In this document: positions 10,069 through 21,100 of the stretch, piece after piece
Layout: each line of letters starts with the position of its first letter
How positions within the stretch are numbered: position 1 is the first letter of the stretch
The notes under the pieces: generated by a model
Database searches by the model: none
What the model was told of the DNA's origin: nothing
The model's input: only the letters and a program-made list of their open reading frames with translations
Position numbers and translations under genes: made by a program
Assembly (NCBI GenBank): GCA_047611865.1
Contig: JBLFWS010000020.1
Coordinates: 1-33,258, forward strand
Source of the DNA: Chlamydiales bacterium
GTDB taxonomy: Bacteria > Chlamydiota > Chlamydiia > Chlamydiales > JBDQID01
Reading direction: 5' to 3'
DNA: 33,258 bases

Positions 10069-10824
10069 CTAAAACGGATTGGGTTCGTCGATAAATTCGC
10101 AACTCAATCCGAATTTTCGAGATAAATGCTCACCTAGGGCTCTCGGCCCAACCCTCTCTGTTGCAAAGTGTCCCTGTGCAAAAAAATTGATGGACTCCTC
10201 ATGGGCTATATGCCACGCGGGTTCGTCAAAGTTTCCTGTAATAAAACAGTCAACTTGTTCCTTGGCGGCATCGGCCAGGCATCTGTAGGCTCCACCCGAA
10301 ACGAGGGCAGCGGAACAGACGAGATCACTGCCTCCCAAAGCTACAGAGGCAGGTTGCTTATAATACTCTTCGATCTTTGTTCTGAATTCTTCTACAGGTA
10401 TAGGATCGAATGTTCCTTTCACGCCTATAGCAGCACCGTCGAAAATACCAAAAGGTTCCAAGTCATCCCATTCCAGATCCATAGCGGCTTTCCAGTTATT
10501 TCCGAAGTTCCGGTGGGCATCAAGGGGTAAGTGGTAGGAAAGAAGAGAGATTTCATTTTTTAACAGAGCGCTTAGTTTCTTTTGCTTGCTACCTGTTATA
10601 GAGAAATTGTCACCTTTCCAAAACATGCCGTGATGAACAATAAGAGCATCGGCACCCCAGGATACAGCGGCTTCAATAGTTCTGAGACTGGCGCTTACTC
10701 CGGTGGCGATTTTCTTAATTTCAACACGTCCCTCAACTTGTAAGCCATTTGGGCAGTAATCTTTGAAGCTTGAACTATCTAAAAGCTCTTCAAGATAATT
10801 GCTAAGAGCCTGTAATGTAGTCAT
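10069..10824 (-). CDS. Nif3/YbgI-family dinuclear metal protein
   Basis: DYCPNGLQVEG, ALIVHHG, YHLPLDAH, GNN, GHFATER motifs. Confidence 0.93.
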   Translation of the reverse strand: MTTLQALSNYLEELLDSSSFKDYCPNGLQVEGRVEIKKIATGVSASLRTIEAAVSWGADALIVHHGMFWKGDNFSITGSKQKKLSALLKNEISLLSYHLPLDAHRNFGNNWKAAMDLEWDDLEPFGIFDGAAIGVKGTFDPIPVEEFRTKIEEYYKQPASVALGGSDLVCSAALVSGGAYRCLADAAKEQVDCFITGNFDEPAWHIAHEESINFFAQGHFATERVGPRALGEHLSRKFGLSCEFIDEPNPF

Positions 10825-10879
10825 CACACAACCTCAATGTAAAAAGTTTAAACGGGACTATATCGTAATGGAGAGCATG

Positions 10880-11560
10880 ATGTCTATGGATAAGGTAAAA
10901 GAAAAACTTGGGTTTGCCGCCGCCGCATTAATTGAAGAAGGGATGGTGGTTGGTCTAGGTACTGGCAGCACAGCGGCTTGTTTTATCGATAGCCTTATCG
11001 CACGTTGTAAGGAAGGGTTGAAAATTACAGCAGTGGCGACATCTGAAGCCTCCGCAGAACAAGCTAGAAAGGGGGGAATTCCTGTTTTCGATATTGATTG
11101 CGTAGAAAGAATTGATATTACCGTAGATGGAGCTGACAATATTGATGCGGAAAAACGACTGGTAAAAGGATTGGGTGGGGCTTTACTTCGGGAGAAAATT
11201 GTTGCGTACTCAAGCCGAGAAATGGTGATTATTGCTGATGAGAGCAAAGTTTCTCAGTACCTGGAAGATTTTGTTCTGCCTGTTGAAATAATTAAGTTTG
11301 GATGGAAAACCACTCTTAAGAATCTAGGTTCTGAAGGATTTTCTGGAAAGCGTCGGGAAAGTAAAGATGGGGATCCTTTTATTACGGATAACGAAAATTA
11401 TATTGTCGACTTGGTTTTTGAAGGTCATTGTCATGATCCTGAAGGAGATATGCAAAAGATAATCGCCATTCCGGGGGTTTGCGAAACAGGTTTTTTCTTT
11501 GGTATGGCAAAAAGAATACTCATAGGGAGTAGAGACGGGCAAATTGAAATTCGGCAGTGA
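10880..11560 (+). CDS. rpiA: Ribose-5-phosphate isomerase A
   Basis: VGLGTGSTA, TVDGAD, KGLGGALLREK, PFITDNENYIVD; exact start uncertain (10868-10886). Confidence 0.95.
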   Translation: MSMDKVKEKLGFAAAALIEEGMVVGLGTGSTAACFIDSLIARCKEGLKITAVATSEASAEQARKGGIPVFDIDCVERIDITVDGADNIDAEKRLVKGLGGALLREKIVAYSSREMVIIADESKVSQYLEDFVLPVEIIKFGWKTTLKNLGSEGFSGKRRESKDGDPFITDNENYIVDLVFEGHCHDPEGDMQKIIAIPGVCETGFFFGMAKRILIGSRDGQIEIRQ

Positions 11561-11660
11561 CGAAAATAGGCTGCTACAATAAAATGAAAGTATACATGAC
11601 TTGAGCTTGTGTATAACGTGAGCAGCAAAAAATTATGATCGCAAAGATCAGGGGTAGCCA

Positions 11661-12077
11661 GTGATATCACAAGAACTTGTTCCGATTTCATTCAAGAAAG
11701 TTATGCAAACGCGTTCTTATACTGTTGTGATTTTAGGAACAGATGATAAGCGTTTTGCTATCTACACAGATCCGAGTATCGGAAGAGCTATACAGATGCA
11801 TCTTACGGATACTGAAAGGCCACGACCTCTTACACATGACCTGATGAATATGATGTTTAAAGGTCTTTCTGTTGAGGTTAAGCAAATCGTTATTAACGAT
11901 ATTCAGGATACCGTATATTTTGCGCGGCTATTCCTTGAGCAAGAATATAATGGAAAGCGGCATATTATGGAAATTGATGCACGCCCCAGTGATTGTATTA
12001 CCTTGGCTCTTATGAATAACGTGCCTGTATATTGCACGCGTGAAGTTCTCGATAAGACTGTCCCGGTTGAGGACTAG
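11661..12077 (+). CDS. Bifunctional nuclease family protein (DUF151)
   Basis: RPRPLTHDL, YFARL, IDARPSDCITLAL motifs. Confidence 0.9.
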   Translation: MISQELVPISFKKVMQTRSYTVVILGTDDKRFAIYTDPSIGRAIQMHLTDTERPRPLTHDLMNMMFKGLSVEVKQIVINDIQDTVYFARLFLEQEYNGKRHIMEIDARPSDCITLALMNNVPVYCTREVLDKTVPVED

Positions 12078-12240
12078 TACTTCGATTCAATTAGATTTTT
12101 GGTATCTTTACTGTTCTTTTCCTGTCTGGCAAAGCATGGAGATCTCACTAACATAGCAATGTTTGCCTCGATCTCCACGCTTCACCAGACAAAAAAATCT
12201 CAGTAATTCTACCTGAAGGTCAAATTAATTCGGAGTACTA
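12075..12240. mobile_element. 166-bp palindromic MITE-like element
   Basis: Ends TAGTACTTCGA...TCGGAGTACTA, each within CTAG. Long internal stem TGTCTGG-CAAAGCATGGAGATC...GATCTCCACGCTTCA-CCAGACA. Confidence 0.75.
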
Positions 12241-12253
12241 GGAACTTAATCTT

Positions 12254-12553
12254 TTAATATTTTACATTAAATTTATTTGCCGCTAGATCAAGGATGGCTT
12301 GTATCGCATTTTCGGCGTCGTCACCAAAAGCTTCTATGTGAATCTTTGTACCTTTTGTTGCGGCAAGAGCTAGAATTCCAAGTAATGATTTTGCATCTAT
12401 AGTGGCTTTTTTATGAATCAGGTTAATCTGTGATCTGTACTTGGCTGCACATTTAACTAGTTCTGTTGAAGGTCGAGTATGAAGACCTTTATCGTTACAG
12501 ACAGTGAAGAAGTCGCGTACTTTTTTTAGCTGTTTATTTATGATTCTATTCAT
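12254..12553 (-). CDS. ptsH: Phosphocarrier protein HPr
   Basis: GLHTRP (His15 motif) and DAKSLLGIL (Ser46 motif). Confidence 0.93.
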   Translation of the reverse strand: MNRIINKQLKKVRDFFTVCNDKGLHTRPSTELVKCAAKYRSQINLIHKKATIDAKSLLGILALAATKGTKIHIEAFGDDAENAIQAILDLAANKFNVKY

Positions 12554-12771
12554 AGGCTAGCATCTTTTGTTTGTATTAGACAGTTTCGGTACCTAGCAAG
12601 CATATTTTGCTAAGATTTTCTGTGCAAACCTTATTTTACTCTTTTTGATTACTTTGCACATTACTTGCTTAATTTGTTTGTTTTTAGAAGTTTAGACTTT
12701 AGTCTCGAATATAAGCAATTGCTATGTAATAGTGGGTATTTTGAACAAAATAAGTATTCAGAGGTTTAGCC

Positions 12772-14592
12772 GTGAAAAGTCGTAGCGAAGTAGTAGCTCA
12801 GGATAAGTGGAATGTGGAGGATATGTTTTCTGGTCCTGAAGAGTGGAAAAAAGATTTTATGGCAGTGGCAAAGCATGGTGAAGTAGTGCGCTGGCCGGAG
12901 CTGCAGGCCTTTAAAGGTCGGCTGGGAGAGGGGGCTGTAGTCTATAAAGAGGCTCTGGAAGCCTTTTTGGGGGTTTCTCGACATCTTGAAACACTCTACA
13001 CCTATGCCCATTTACGTCATGATGAGGAAACTATTCTGGATGAAAACAAGGTGAATTACGACAAGATTGTAACCTTGTACCATGATCTTTCCCATGAAGC
13101 AGCCTGGTTTGAGCCGGAAACACTTTTGCTTGATCAAAGTATTTTGGAGAAATACCTTTCAGCCGAAGAATTGAAGGAATACAGTTTTTACCTGGAAAAA
13201 GTTGTACGCAAGAAGAAGCATACACTTCCTGCCGAGCAGGAAGAACTGTTAGCTCTATCCGCTAAAAGTATACAGACGGCTCAAAAGAGCTTTCAAGCTA
13301 TGAATAACGCTGATTTTAAATTTTCTTCTGTTTTAAATGAGAAAGGTGAGGAAAAAGAGCTTACCCATGCGAGCTATGGTCTTTACCTGAGGGAGCACGA
13401 CAGGGTTTTGCGTAAAAATGCCTTTTTAAGTCTGCACGGAAAATTTTCAGAATTCGAGAACACTCTATGCGAGATGTTGTCAGGCCAGGTTAACGGGCAT
13501 CTCTTTCAGGCAAGAGCGCGTAAATACTCAAGCTGCCTCGATGCTGCGCTTTTTCCAAAAAATGTAGACCTCACTGTATACCACTCTTTGATTAAGGCCG
13601 TGCGTTCCAAAATTGGAGCCCTGCACCGTTATACTTCTGTAAGAAAGCGTCTGATGGGAGTGGATGAGCTGCACCTTTATGATATGTATGTGCCTTTAGT
13701 ATCCGAGATAGATATGAAGATGACATATGAAGAGGCAGAAAGTGTTATTGTGGAATCTGTGGCCCCGCTAGGAAATGAATACCAGGAAGCACTTAGGAAA
13801 GGATTGAAGGATGATCGATGGGTAGATCGTTACGAGAATCAAAATAAGCGGTCAGGTGCCTACTCAAGCGGTTGTTACGATAGTATGCCTTATATTCTGA
13901 TGAATTATCAGGGTACATTGAATGATGTGTTCACTTTGGCCCACGAGGCCGGGCATAGTATGCACAGTTTATTAAGCCGTAAGCATCAGCCCTATCATTA
14001 TTCAGACTATCCGATCTTCGTGGCTGAAGTGGCTTCTACTTTTAATGAAGAGCTTCTTATGCAATTGATGCTGAAAAAAGCCAAAAGCAAAGAAGAGAAA
14101 ATTTATTTGATTAACCAGAAAATTGAAGACATCAGGGCGACTCTATTTAGACAAACGATGTTTGCGGAATTTGAGTTGTGGATTCACGAAAACGCGGAAA
14201 AAGGTATTCCACTTACGCCCACTTCTTTGAAAGAAGAATATCGAAAGCTGAATGAAGCGTACTTTGGGCCGGATGTCGTCATAGATGATGAGATCGAAAT
14301 CGAATGGTCGAGAATACCTCATTTTTATTACAACTTTTACGTATACCAATATGCAACAGGAATTAGTGCTGCGTTGGCGCTTACCGATAAGGTTCTTAAT
14401 GGTGGAGAAAAAGATCGTGAGGATTACTTAGGCTTTTTGAAAGGGGGCTATTCACGTTATCCATTGGATCTATTGAGAGGTGCTGGAATTGATATGGCTT
14501 CCCCGGAACCCGTAAATGCGGCAATAGGGAAATTTGAAAGTCTGGTTGGAGAGTTGGAAAAATTAACGGGGCTTGTTGCTGAAGCTCACTAG
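12772..14592 (+). CDS. pepF: Oligoendopeptidase F (M3B)
   Basis: RSEV..QDKWN start, KRSGAYSSG, TLAHEAGHSMH, FVAEVAST, RQTMFAEFE, WSRIPHFYYNFYVYQYATG. Confidence 0.95.
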   Translation: MKSRSEVVAQDKWNVEDMFSGPEEWKKDFMAVAKHGEVVRWPELQAFKGRLGEGAVVYKEALEAFLGVSRHLETLYTYAHLRHDEETILDENKVNYDKIVTLYHDLSHEAAWFEPETLLLDQSILEKYLSAEELKEYSFYLEKVVRKKKHTLPAEQEELLALSAKSIQTAQKSFQAMNNADFKFSSVLNEKGEEKELTHASYGLYLREHDRVLRKNAFLSLHGKFSEFENTLCEMLSGQVNGHLFQARARKYSSCLDAALFPKNVDLTVYHSLIKAVRSKIGALHRYTSVRKRLMGVDELHLYDMYVPLVSEIDMKMTYEEAESVIVESVAPLGNEYQEALRKGLKDDRWVDRYENQNKRSGAYSSGCYDSMPYILMNYQGTLNDVFTLAHEAGHSMHSLLSRKHQPYHYSDYPIFVAEVASTFNEELLMQLMLKKAKSKEEKIYLINQKIEDIRATLFRQTMFAEFELWIHENAEKGIPLTPTSLKEEYRKLNEAYFGPDVVIDDEIEIEWSRIPHFYYNFYVYQYATGISAALALTDKVLNGGEKDREDYLGFLKGGYSRYPLDLLRGAGIDMASPEPVNAAIGKFESLVGELEKLTGLVAEAH

Positions 14593-14625
14593 TGTTCTGT
14601 AAAAATCTAAGCTTAACAGAGCACT
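14591..14625. repeat. Inverted repeat between convergent genes (possible bidirectional terminator or mini-element)
   Basis: AGTGTTCTGT-N15-ACAGAGCACT, starting at the pepF stop within CTAG. Confidence 0.5.
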
Positions 14626-14650
14626 GGAATTTCTATTTTTTCCCAAGTCT

Positions 14651-15229
14651 TTAGTTAAAAGAATAGGTTTCAGGGTAAACAAGATAGTAGTAGTTGGGGA
14701 CGCTCTTACTGCGGTTTTCTTGAAGGGAGATACGCATGTCCTCATTGCTAGAGAAGATATCTCGGATCTCCTGATCCTTTCCTATTTGGTGGATGGCCAT
14801 ATAAGGAGCCTCTGAAGAGTGAATCTCTTCCTTTGAGGCTCCTTCTACATTTTCTCCGCCTTCTCGAATTTGCAGCCACTGCATATACATGTTGAGTTTT
14901 CTGATGTTGAAGTCACTATTTTTGTTTTTTTGATTATACTCTTGCCCGGGAAGTTCGAGTTTTTCCAGATGAATGGAGAGTTCTTTATTTTGCGAAAGAA
15001 AATCAGCGATGTCTTTTTTTAAATTATTTGATAGGGCGCGGGTTGACTGGGAGATTCGAAGTTTGACGTTTTGTCCATCGTCTTTTTTTTCTTTCCTATT
15101 ATTAAAAATATCATTAACAAGATCTGTTCTTTTTAGACTTTCAAGAAATTCGCTTTTGCCCTGATCCGAAACAGGCGAACGGGAATCTAACTTTCTATTT
15201 TTCACATCGAGAGTGTTGCGGATTTGCAT
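14651..15229 (-). CDS. Hypothetical hydrophilic protein (~192 aa)
   Basis: ATG at 15229 with AAGGAG SD; preceded by a sigma54 consensus promoter. Confidence 0.75.
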   Translation of the reverse strand: MQIRNTLDVKNRKLDSRSPVSDQGKSEFLESLKRTDLVNDIFNNRKEKKDDGQNVKLRISQSTRALSNNLKKDIADFLSQNKELSIHLEKLELPGQEYNQKNKNSDFNIRKLNMYMQWLQIREGGENVEGASKEEIHSSEAPYMAIHQIGKDQEIRDIFSSNEDMRISLQENRSKSVPNYYYLVYPETYSFN

Positions 15230-15257
15230 GTGGGCTCCTTGCTTGCCACTTGACTTT

Positions 15258-15273
15258 TGCAACTATCGTGCCA
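15258..15273 (-). promoter_or_regulatory. sigma54 (-24/-12) promoter
   Basis: Minus strand reads TGGCACGATAGTTGCA, matching TGGCAC-N5-TTGCW exactly, about 30 nt before the ATG at 15229. Confidence 0.8.
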
Positions 15274-15376
15274 TTTTGTATCTCCATGTCTATAAGTTGC
15301 TTAAGTAATAAATGCTGTGATGCTTATGTTTTTAGGAGGCAAAAGTTTCTGAGGGTAAAGGAGGGGGATTTATAAA

Positions 15377-15403
15377 TTAGCACTTAAAATCGTAAACTGC
15401 TAA
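15377..15403 (+). promoter_or_regulatory. CIRCE (HrcA operator) upstream of groES-groEL
   Basis: TTAGCACTT-N9-AACTGCTAA vs consensus TTAGCACTC-N9-GAGTGCTAA; followed by TTGACA/TTGCAA -35-like hexamers. Confidence 0.85.
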
Positions 15404-15507
15404 ATTTGACATTGCAATAAAAAGCAGTGTTGGGATAAGGTTAGCTTTTCAAATAACCCTTGAAAAGGAAAAGATACTTAAAACTAAGTATTTAAGGAGA
15501 TGTGAAA

Positions 15508-15819
15508 ATGGCCCAAGCAAAACAGGCAACGAAAATTCAACCTTTGGGAAAGCGTGTTCTAATTCAAAGGCTCGAAGCTGAAGAAACTCTGAAAGGTGGA
15601 ATTATTCTACCTGATACAGCAAAAAAGAAACAGGAACTGGCTAAAGTTGTAGCTCTGGGAACAGGGAAAAAGACGAAGGATGGGAAGACTTTACCTTTTC
15701 CAGTCAAAGTCAATGATCGTGTTCTGATTGAAAAATATTCTGGTCAGGAAGTTTCTTTCGAAGACGAAGATTTCGTAATTATTAGTTCTGACGATATCGT
15801 CGCTGTTGTCGAGGCGTAA
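15508..15819 (+). CDS. groES: Co-chaperonin GroES
   Basis: IQPLGKRVLI, GGIILPDTAK, VVALGTG, KYSGQEV; AAGGAG SD. Confidence 0.97.
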   Translation: MAQAKQATKIQPLGKRVLIQRLEAEETLKGGIILPDTAKKKQELAKVVALGTGKKTKDGKTLPFPVKVNDRVLIEKYSGQEVSFEDEDFVIISSDDIVAVVEA

Positions 15820-15845
15820 ATAAACCCACCACATTTCAAAATTAG

Positions 15846-17501
<1,656 letters not shown>

Positions 17502-17536
17502 AAGCTCACGCACCCATAAATCTTTTTCGCATAGTC

Positions 17537-17572
17537 CGCCCACTCGGCATAGTCCGGGGGGCGGTTTTTTTT
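17537..17572 (+). terminator. Intrinsic terminator after groEL
   Basis: GC-rich hairpin CGCCCACTCGG...CCGGGGGGCG followed by a T run. Confidence 0.75.
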
Positions 17573-17584
17573 GTCATTTTCTTA

Positions 17585-17642
17585 CAGTGAAGGAAGTCAA
17601 GGACAAAATTAACCACGGGGAACACGGAGAGCATAGGGGAAA
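17585..17642 (+). repeat. REP-like unit (left arm of the inverted pair around the effector island)
   Basis: CAGTGAAGGAA...AATTAACCACGGGGAACACGGAGAGCA; inverted relative of 21823-21887 and of the units inside the 2293-2502 MITE. Confidence 0.7.
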
Positions 17643-17761
17643 GGGTAGGACGGGAGGATGTTAACATGCTATTTTCTCCACTGTTGTAACAGCTCCTTTG
17701 AAACTAAATCGTTTCGGAGCCCTCACTTTTTCAAATCCCGTAATCACCTCTAATTCTACAG

Positions 17762-18018
17762 CTACTTTCCTTTGTATTTCGAGTTCTGGGTACACGGTAA
17801 GCAAATATACTCTTCAAAAGTCATTGGATGGTCAATCAAGCCAGAAGCCATAGCTGGAGTGCAAGGTCTACGTGCCCTCTTTGATAATGTTCGATGAGCA
17901 ATAACCCAATTATAGAGACTTACAAATATCCAAACCTTATTTTGGTGACGTTCTGTATTTTTGGACATACACCGTGTTTTTCTACGAAAAGTAGGAACCG
18001 CAGATCTTAGAGTTCCAA
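17762..18018 (-). pseudogene. IS1-family transposase C-terminal fragment
   Basis: The frame reads GTLRSAVPTFRRKTRCMSK...YNW..AHRTL...TPAMASGLIDHPMT, typical of IS1-type DDE C-termini; N-terminus absent. Confidence 0.75.
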
Positions 18019-18182
18019 TGATGACTCAACCCTCTATAAGCAAAACCTTTTAGAGACCTTCCCTCTCATTCGTAACAATCAACCCTACCTTCACAAGATA
18101 TTTTAGGACTTGAAGTCCACTACAGTTATTGCCGTTTATGTCGATAGATAAAATAAGATTTTGTATTTATTAGCAGGAGGAC

Positions 18183-21100
18183 ATGTTGCCTGATTTGCCA
18201 ATTTCCTCCCAAGAAGCGTGTTCAAACTTCTTAGCGAAATTAGTAGAGGAAGAAGGCTTAAATAATAGCGACTTAACAGATCTTCCTCATCGCGAATTAA
18301 CAGATTTTGTTCAAAAAACTCTGGAATCTACAAATATCACTTCTCTCATAGCTATCCTACCTGATATAGCGACAGAAACTAACCTAAAAATAGTTGAAAA
18401 AGTAAAAAGCGTTGTTGACATTCTTTTATCTCCATATATCTCGCATGAAGAGGCCGTTGTAGAGACCTCTTCTAAAGATCTCTTACGATCTTATCAACGT
18501 CTTAAGGATCTTCCTCAGAATCTCAAACTATCTCAAATACTAGGTGAGATTGTCTACTCCTTGGGCACCGGGTACCCTGAGCTTGGGGTCCAAGATGTCC
18601 CTCTAATAGAGGAAGAGTTAATCGAAAAAATCGAACTCATTAAAAACCATCAGGTAAACGAAAGAGACGGAGCTACAGACACTGTCGTAATCACAATTGG
18701 AAATGGAAAGAGGCTCTGTTTTCCTGCTGAAAAAGCTGAAAGAGTTGTTGCAAGTTTTGCTCAGCACATCACTCATTTAGAGCTCGTCTCAAATGAGATT
18801 ACAGAGGACTTAATGAGCAAAATTTTAACTAAAAATTTAAGCAACCTTTCTCATTTATTAATAAAAAACAATAACATTAAGAGGCTGCAGAGTCTGCCAG
18901 AGCTTCAAGCGCTGACAAGTCTTAACTGCAGAAACTGCGATCAGCTGGAGAGTCTACCAGAGCTTCAAGCGCTCACAAGTCTTAACTGCAGAAGCTGCGA
19001 TAATCTGTATAGTCTGCCAGAGCTTCAAGCGCTCACAAGCCTTGACTGCAGTGACTGCGGTAATCTGTATAGTCTGCCAGAGCTTCAAGCGCTCACAAGC
19101 CTTAACTGCAGTGACTGCGGTCAGCTGCAGAGTCTTCCAGAGCTTCAAGCGCTCACAAGCCTTGACTGCTATGACTGTGGTAATCTGTATAGTCTGCCAA
19201 AGCTTCAAGCGCTCACAAGCCTTAACTGCAGAAGCTGCGATAATCTGCAGAGTCTTCCAGAGCTTGAAGCGCTCACAGGCCTTAGCTGCAGTGGCTGCGT
19301 TCAGCTGAAGAGTCTTCCAGAGCTTGAAGCGCTCACAGGCCTTAGCTGCAGTGGCTGCGTTCAGCTGAAGAGTCTTCCAGAGCTTCAAGCGCTCACAAGC
19401 CTTGACTGCAGCCACTGCAATAATCTGCAGAGTCTGCCAGAGCTTCAAGCGCTCACAAGTCTTAACTGCAGCTACTGCGGTCAGCTGGAGAGTCTGCCAG
19501 AGGAGCTTCAAGCACTCACAAGTCTTAACTGCAGCCACTGCGATCAGCTGAAGAGTCTGCCAGAGGAGCTTCAAGCGCTCACAAGTCTTAACTGCAGAAG
19601 CTGCGATAATCTGCAGAGTCTTCCAGAGCTTCAAGCGCTCACAAGCCTTGACTGCTATGACTGTGGTAATCTGTATAGTCTGCCAAAGCTTCAAGCGCTC
19701 ACAAGCCTTAACTGCAGTGACTGCGGTCAGCTGCAGAGTCTGCCAGAGCTTCAAGCGCTCACAAGCCTTGACTGCAGAAGCTGCGGTCAGCTGCAGAGTC
19801 TGCCAAATCTTCAAGCACTCACAAGCCTTAACTGCAGTAACTGCGGTCAGCTGCAGAGTCTGTCAGAGCTTGAAGCGCTCACAAGCCTTAACTGCAGTGA
19901 CTGCGGTCAGCTGCAGAGTCTGTCAGAGCTTGAAGCGCTCACAAGCCTTGACTGCAGAAGCTGCGGTCAGCTGCAGAGTCTGTCAGAGCTTGAAGCGCTC
20001 ACAAGCCTTAACTGCAGCCACTGCGGTCAGCTGCAGAGTCTGCCAGAGCTTCAAGCGCTCACAAGTCTTAACTGCAACCACTGCGTTCAGCTGGAGAGTC
20101 TGCCAGAGCCTCAAGCGCTCACAAGTCTTAGCTGCAGAAGCTGCGATAATCTGCAGAGTCTGCCAGAGCTTCAAGCGCTCGCAAGGCTTGACTGCAGTTG
20201 CTGCGTTCAGCTGCAGAGTCTGCCAAATTTCTCCCAAGCTCAAGAAATTGTCTGTCGTACTTGTCCTTTGCTAAACCTGAACTTTTCGCGTCCAAATGGC
20301 TGTAGAGTCTTTTTTGATTCTGGAGGAATGGGAAGTAGTTCAGGTGAAGGGGGCATTAGTGTTGTAAGGGTGGATGTTAATCGTTCTGATTTTGATACAA
20401 AAGAGAGTTTGCAAAAGGAATTTTCATCCTTTGCACAAAAATTGTCTTCAGTAAGTAGTGAGAAAGTACGCCTTTTTATTCACTTTAAAGGAAGGGAAGG
20501 TCAAACAGAAACGGGTGTGGATTATGGAGGTCTTGCAAAAGAATATCTCCGTCTGCTTATAAAAAGCTCATTAAATAAAGGTACGGCAAAAGAAGACACG
20601 GCGATTTTTCTAAAAGATGAAGAGGGAAATCTCAATTGCAAGTTAAGAGAAGGGTCTTTGGATCAAGATAGGGAAAACCTGAAAAACTTAGGTAAAATCA
20701 TAATGGCTTCTTGTCTGTCTACCAATACGAGAACGGATCCCTGGCAAGACAAACTTATTACGGGATGCTTTTTTAATAAGAGCCTGATTGATAAAATCAA
20801 GCTTTTTGATTCCCAAGATTTTCTGGAATCACCAGAAAATATTTCAGCGGATACAAGGGGAAAGCTTCTGCAAGCTTTTGAAGAAAACAACCCTCTTTTT
20901 AAAGATTATCTTGCGCTATTCCGTACAGAGACTTTTGGTGACGTTAACGTAGAAGCCCTTAAGGAGGCAAAGGATATCCTAACTTTTGATGAAGAAGTGC
21001 CTGATAAGTTTGAAGACGAAAGTCAATGGCAGAGCTTTCGTCAAGGTGTGATTCATTATCTGGAGAAAGAGTTTGTCGGTATTGAAGCTTTGCATGCCCT

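Noticed and set aside
18270..18560. F-box-like motifs (LTDLPHREL, LKDLPQNL) in the effector N-terminus
   Set aside because: Only the LxDLP start matches; the rest of the F-box pattern is missing. A profile search is needed.
18894..20219. Possible CRISPR array
   Set aside because: The units are contiguous in-frame coding repeats with no unique spacers, and no cas genes are present.
18954..20274. Long alternative-frame and antisense ORFs (e.g. 18954-19814 minus, 19648-20274 plus)
   Set aside because: These are shadows of the stop-poor 60-bp LRR repeat.
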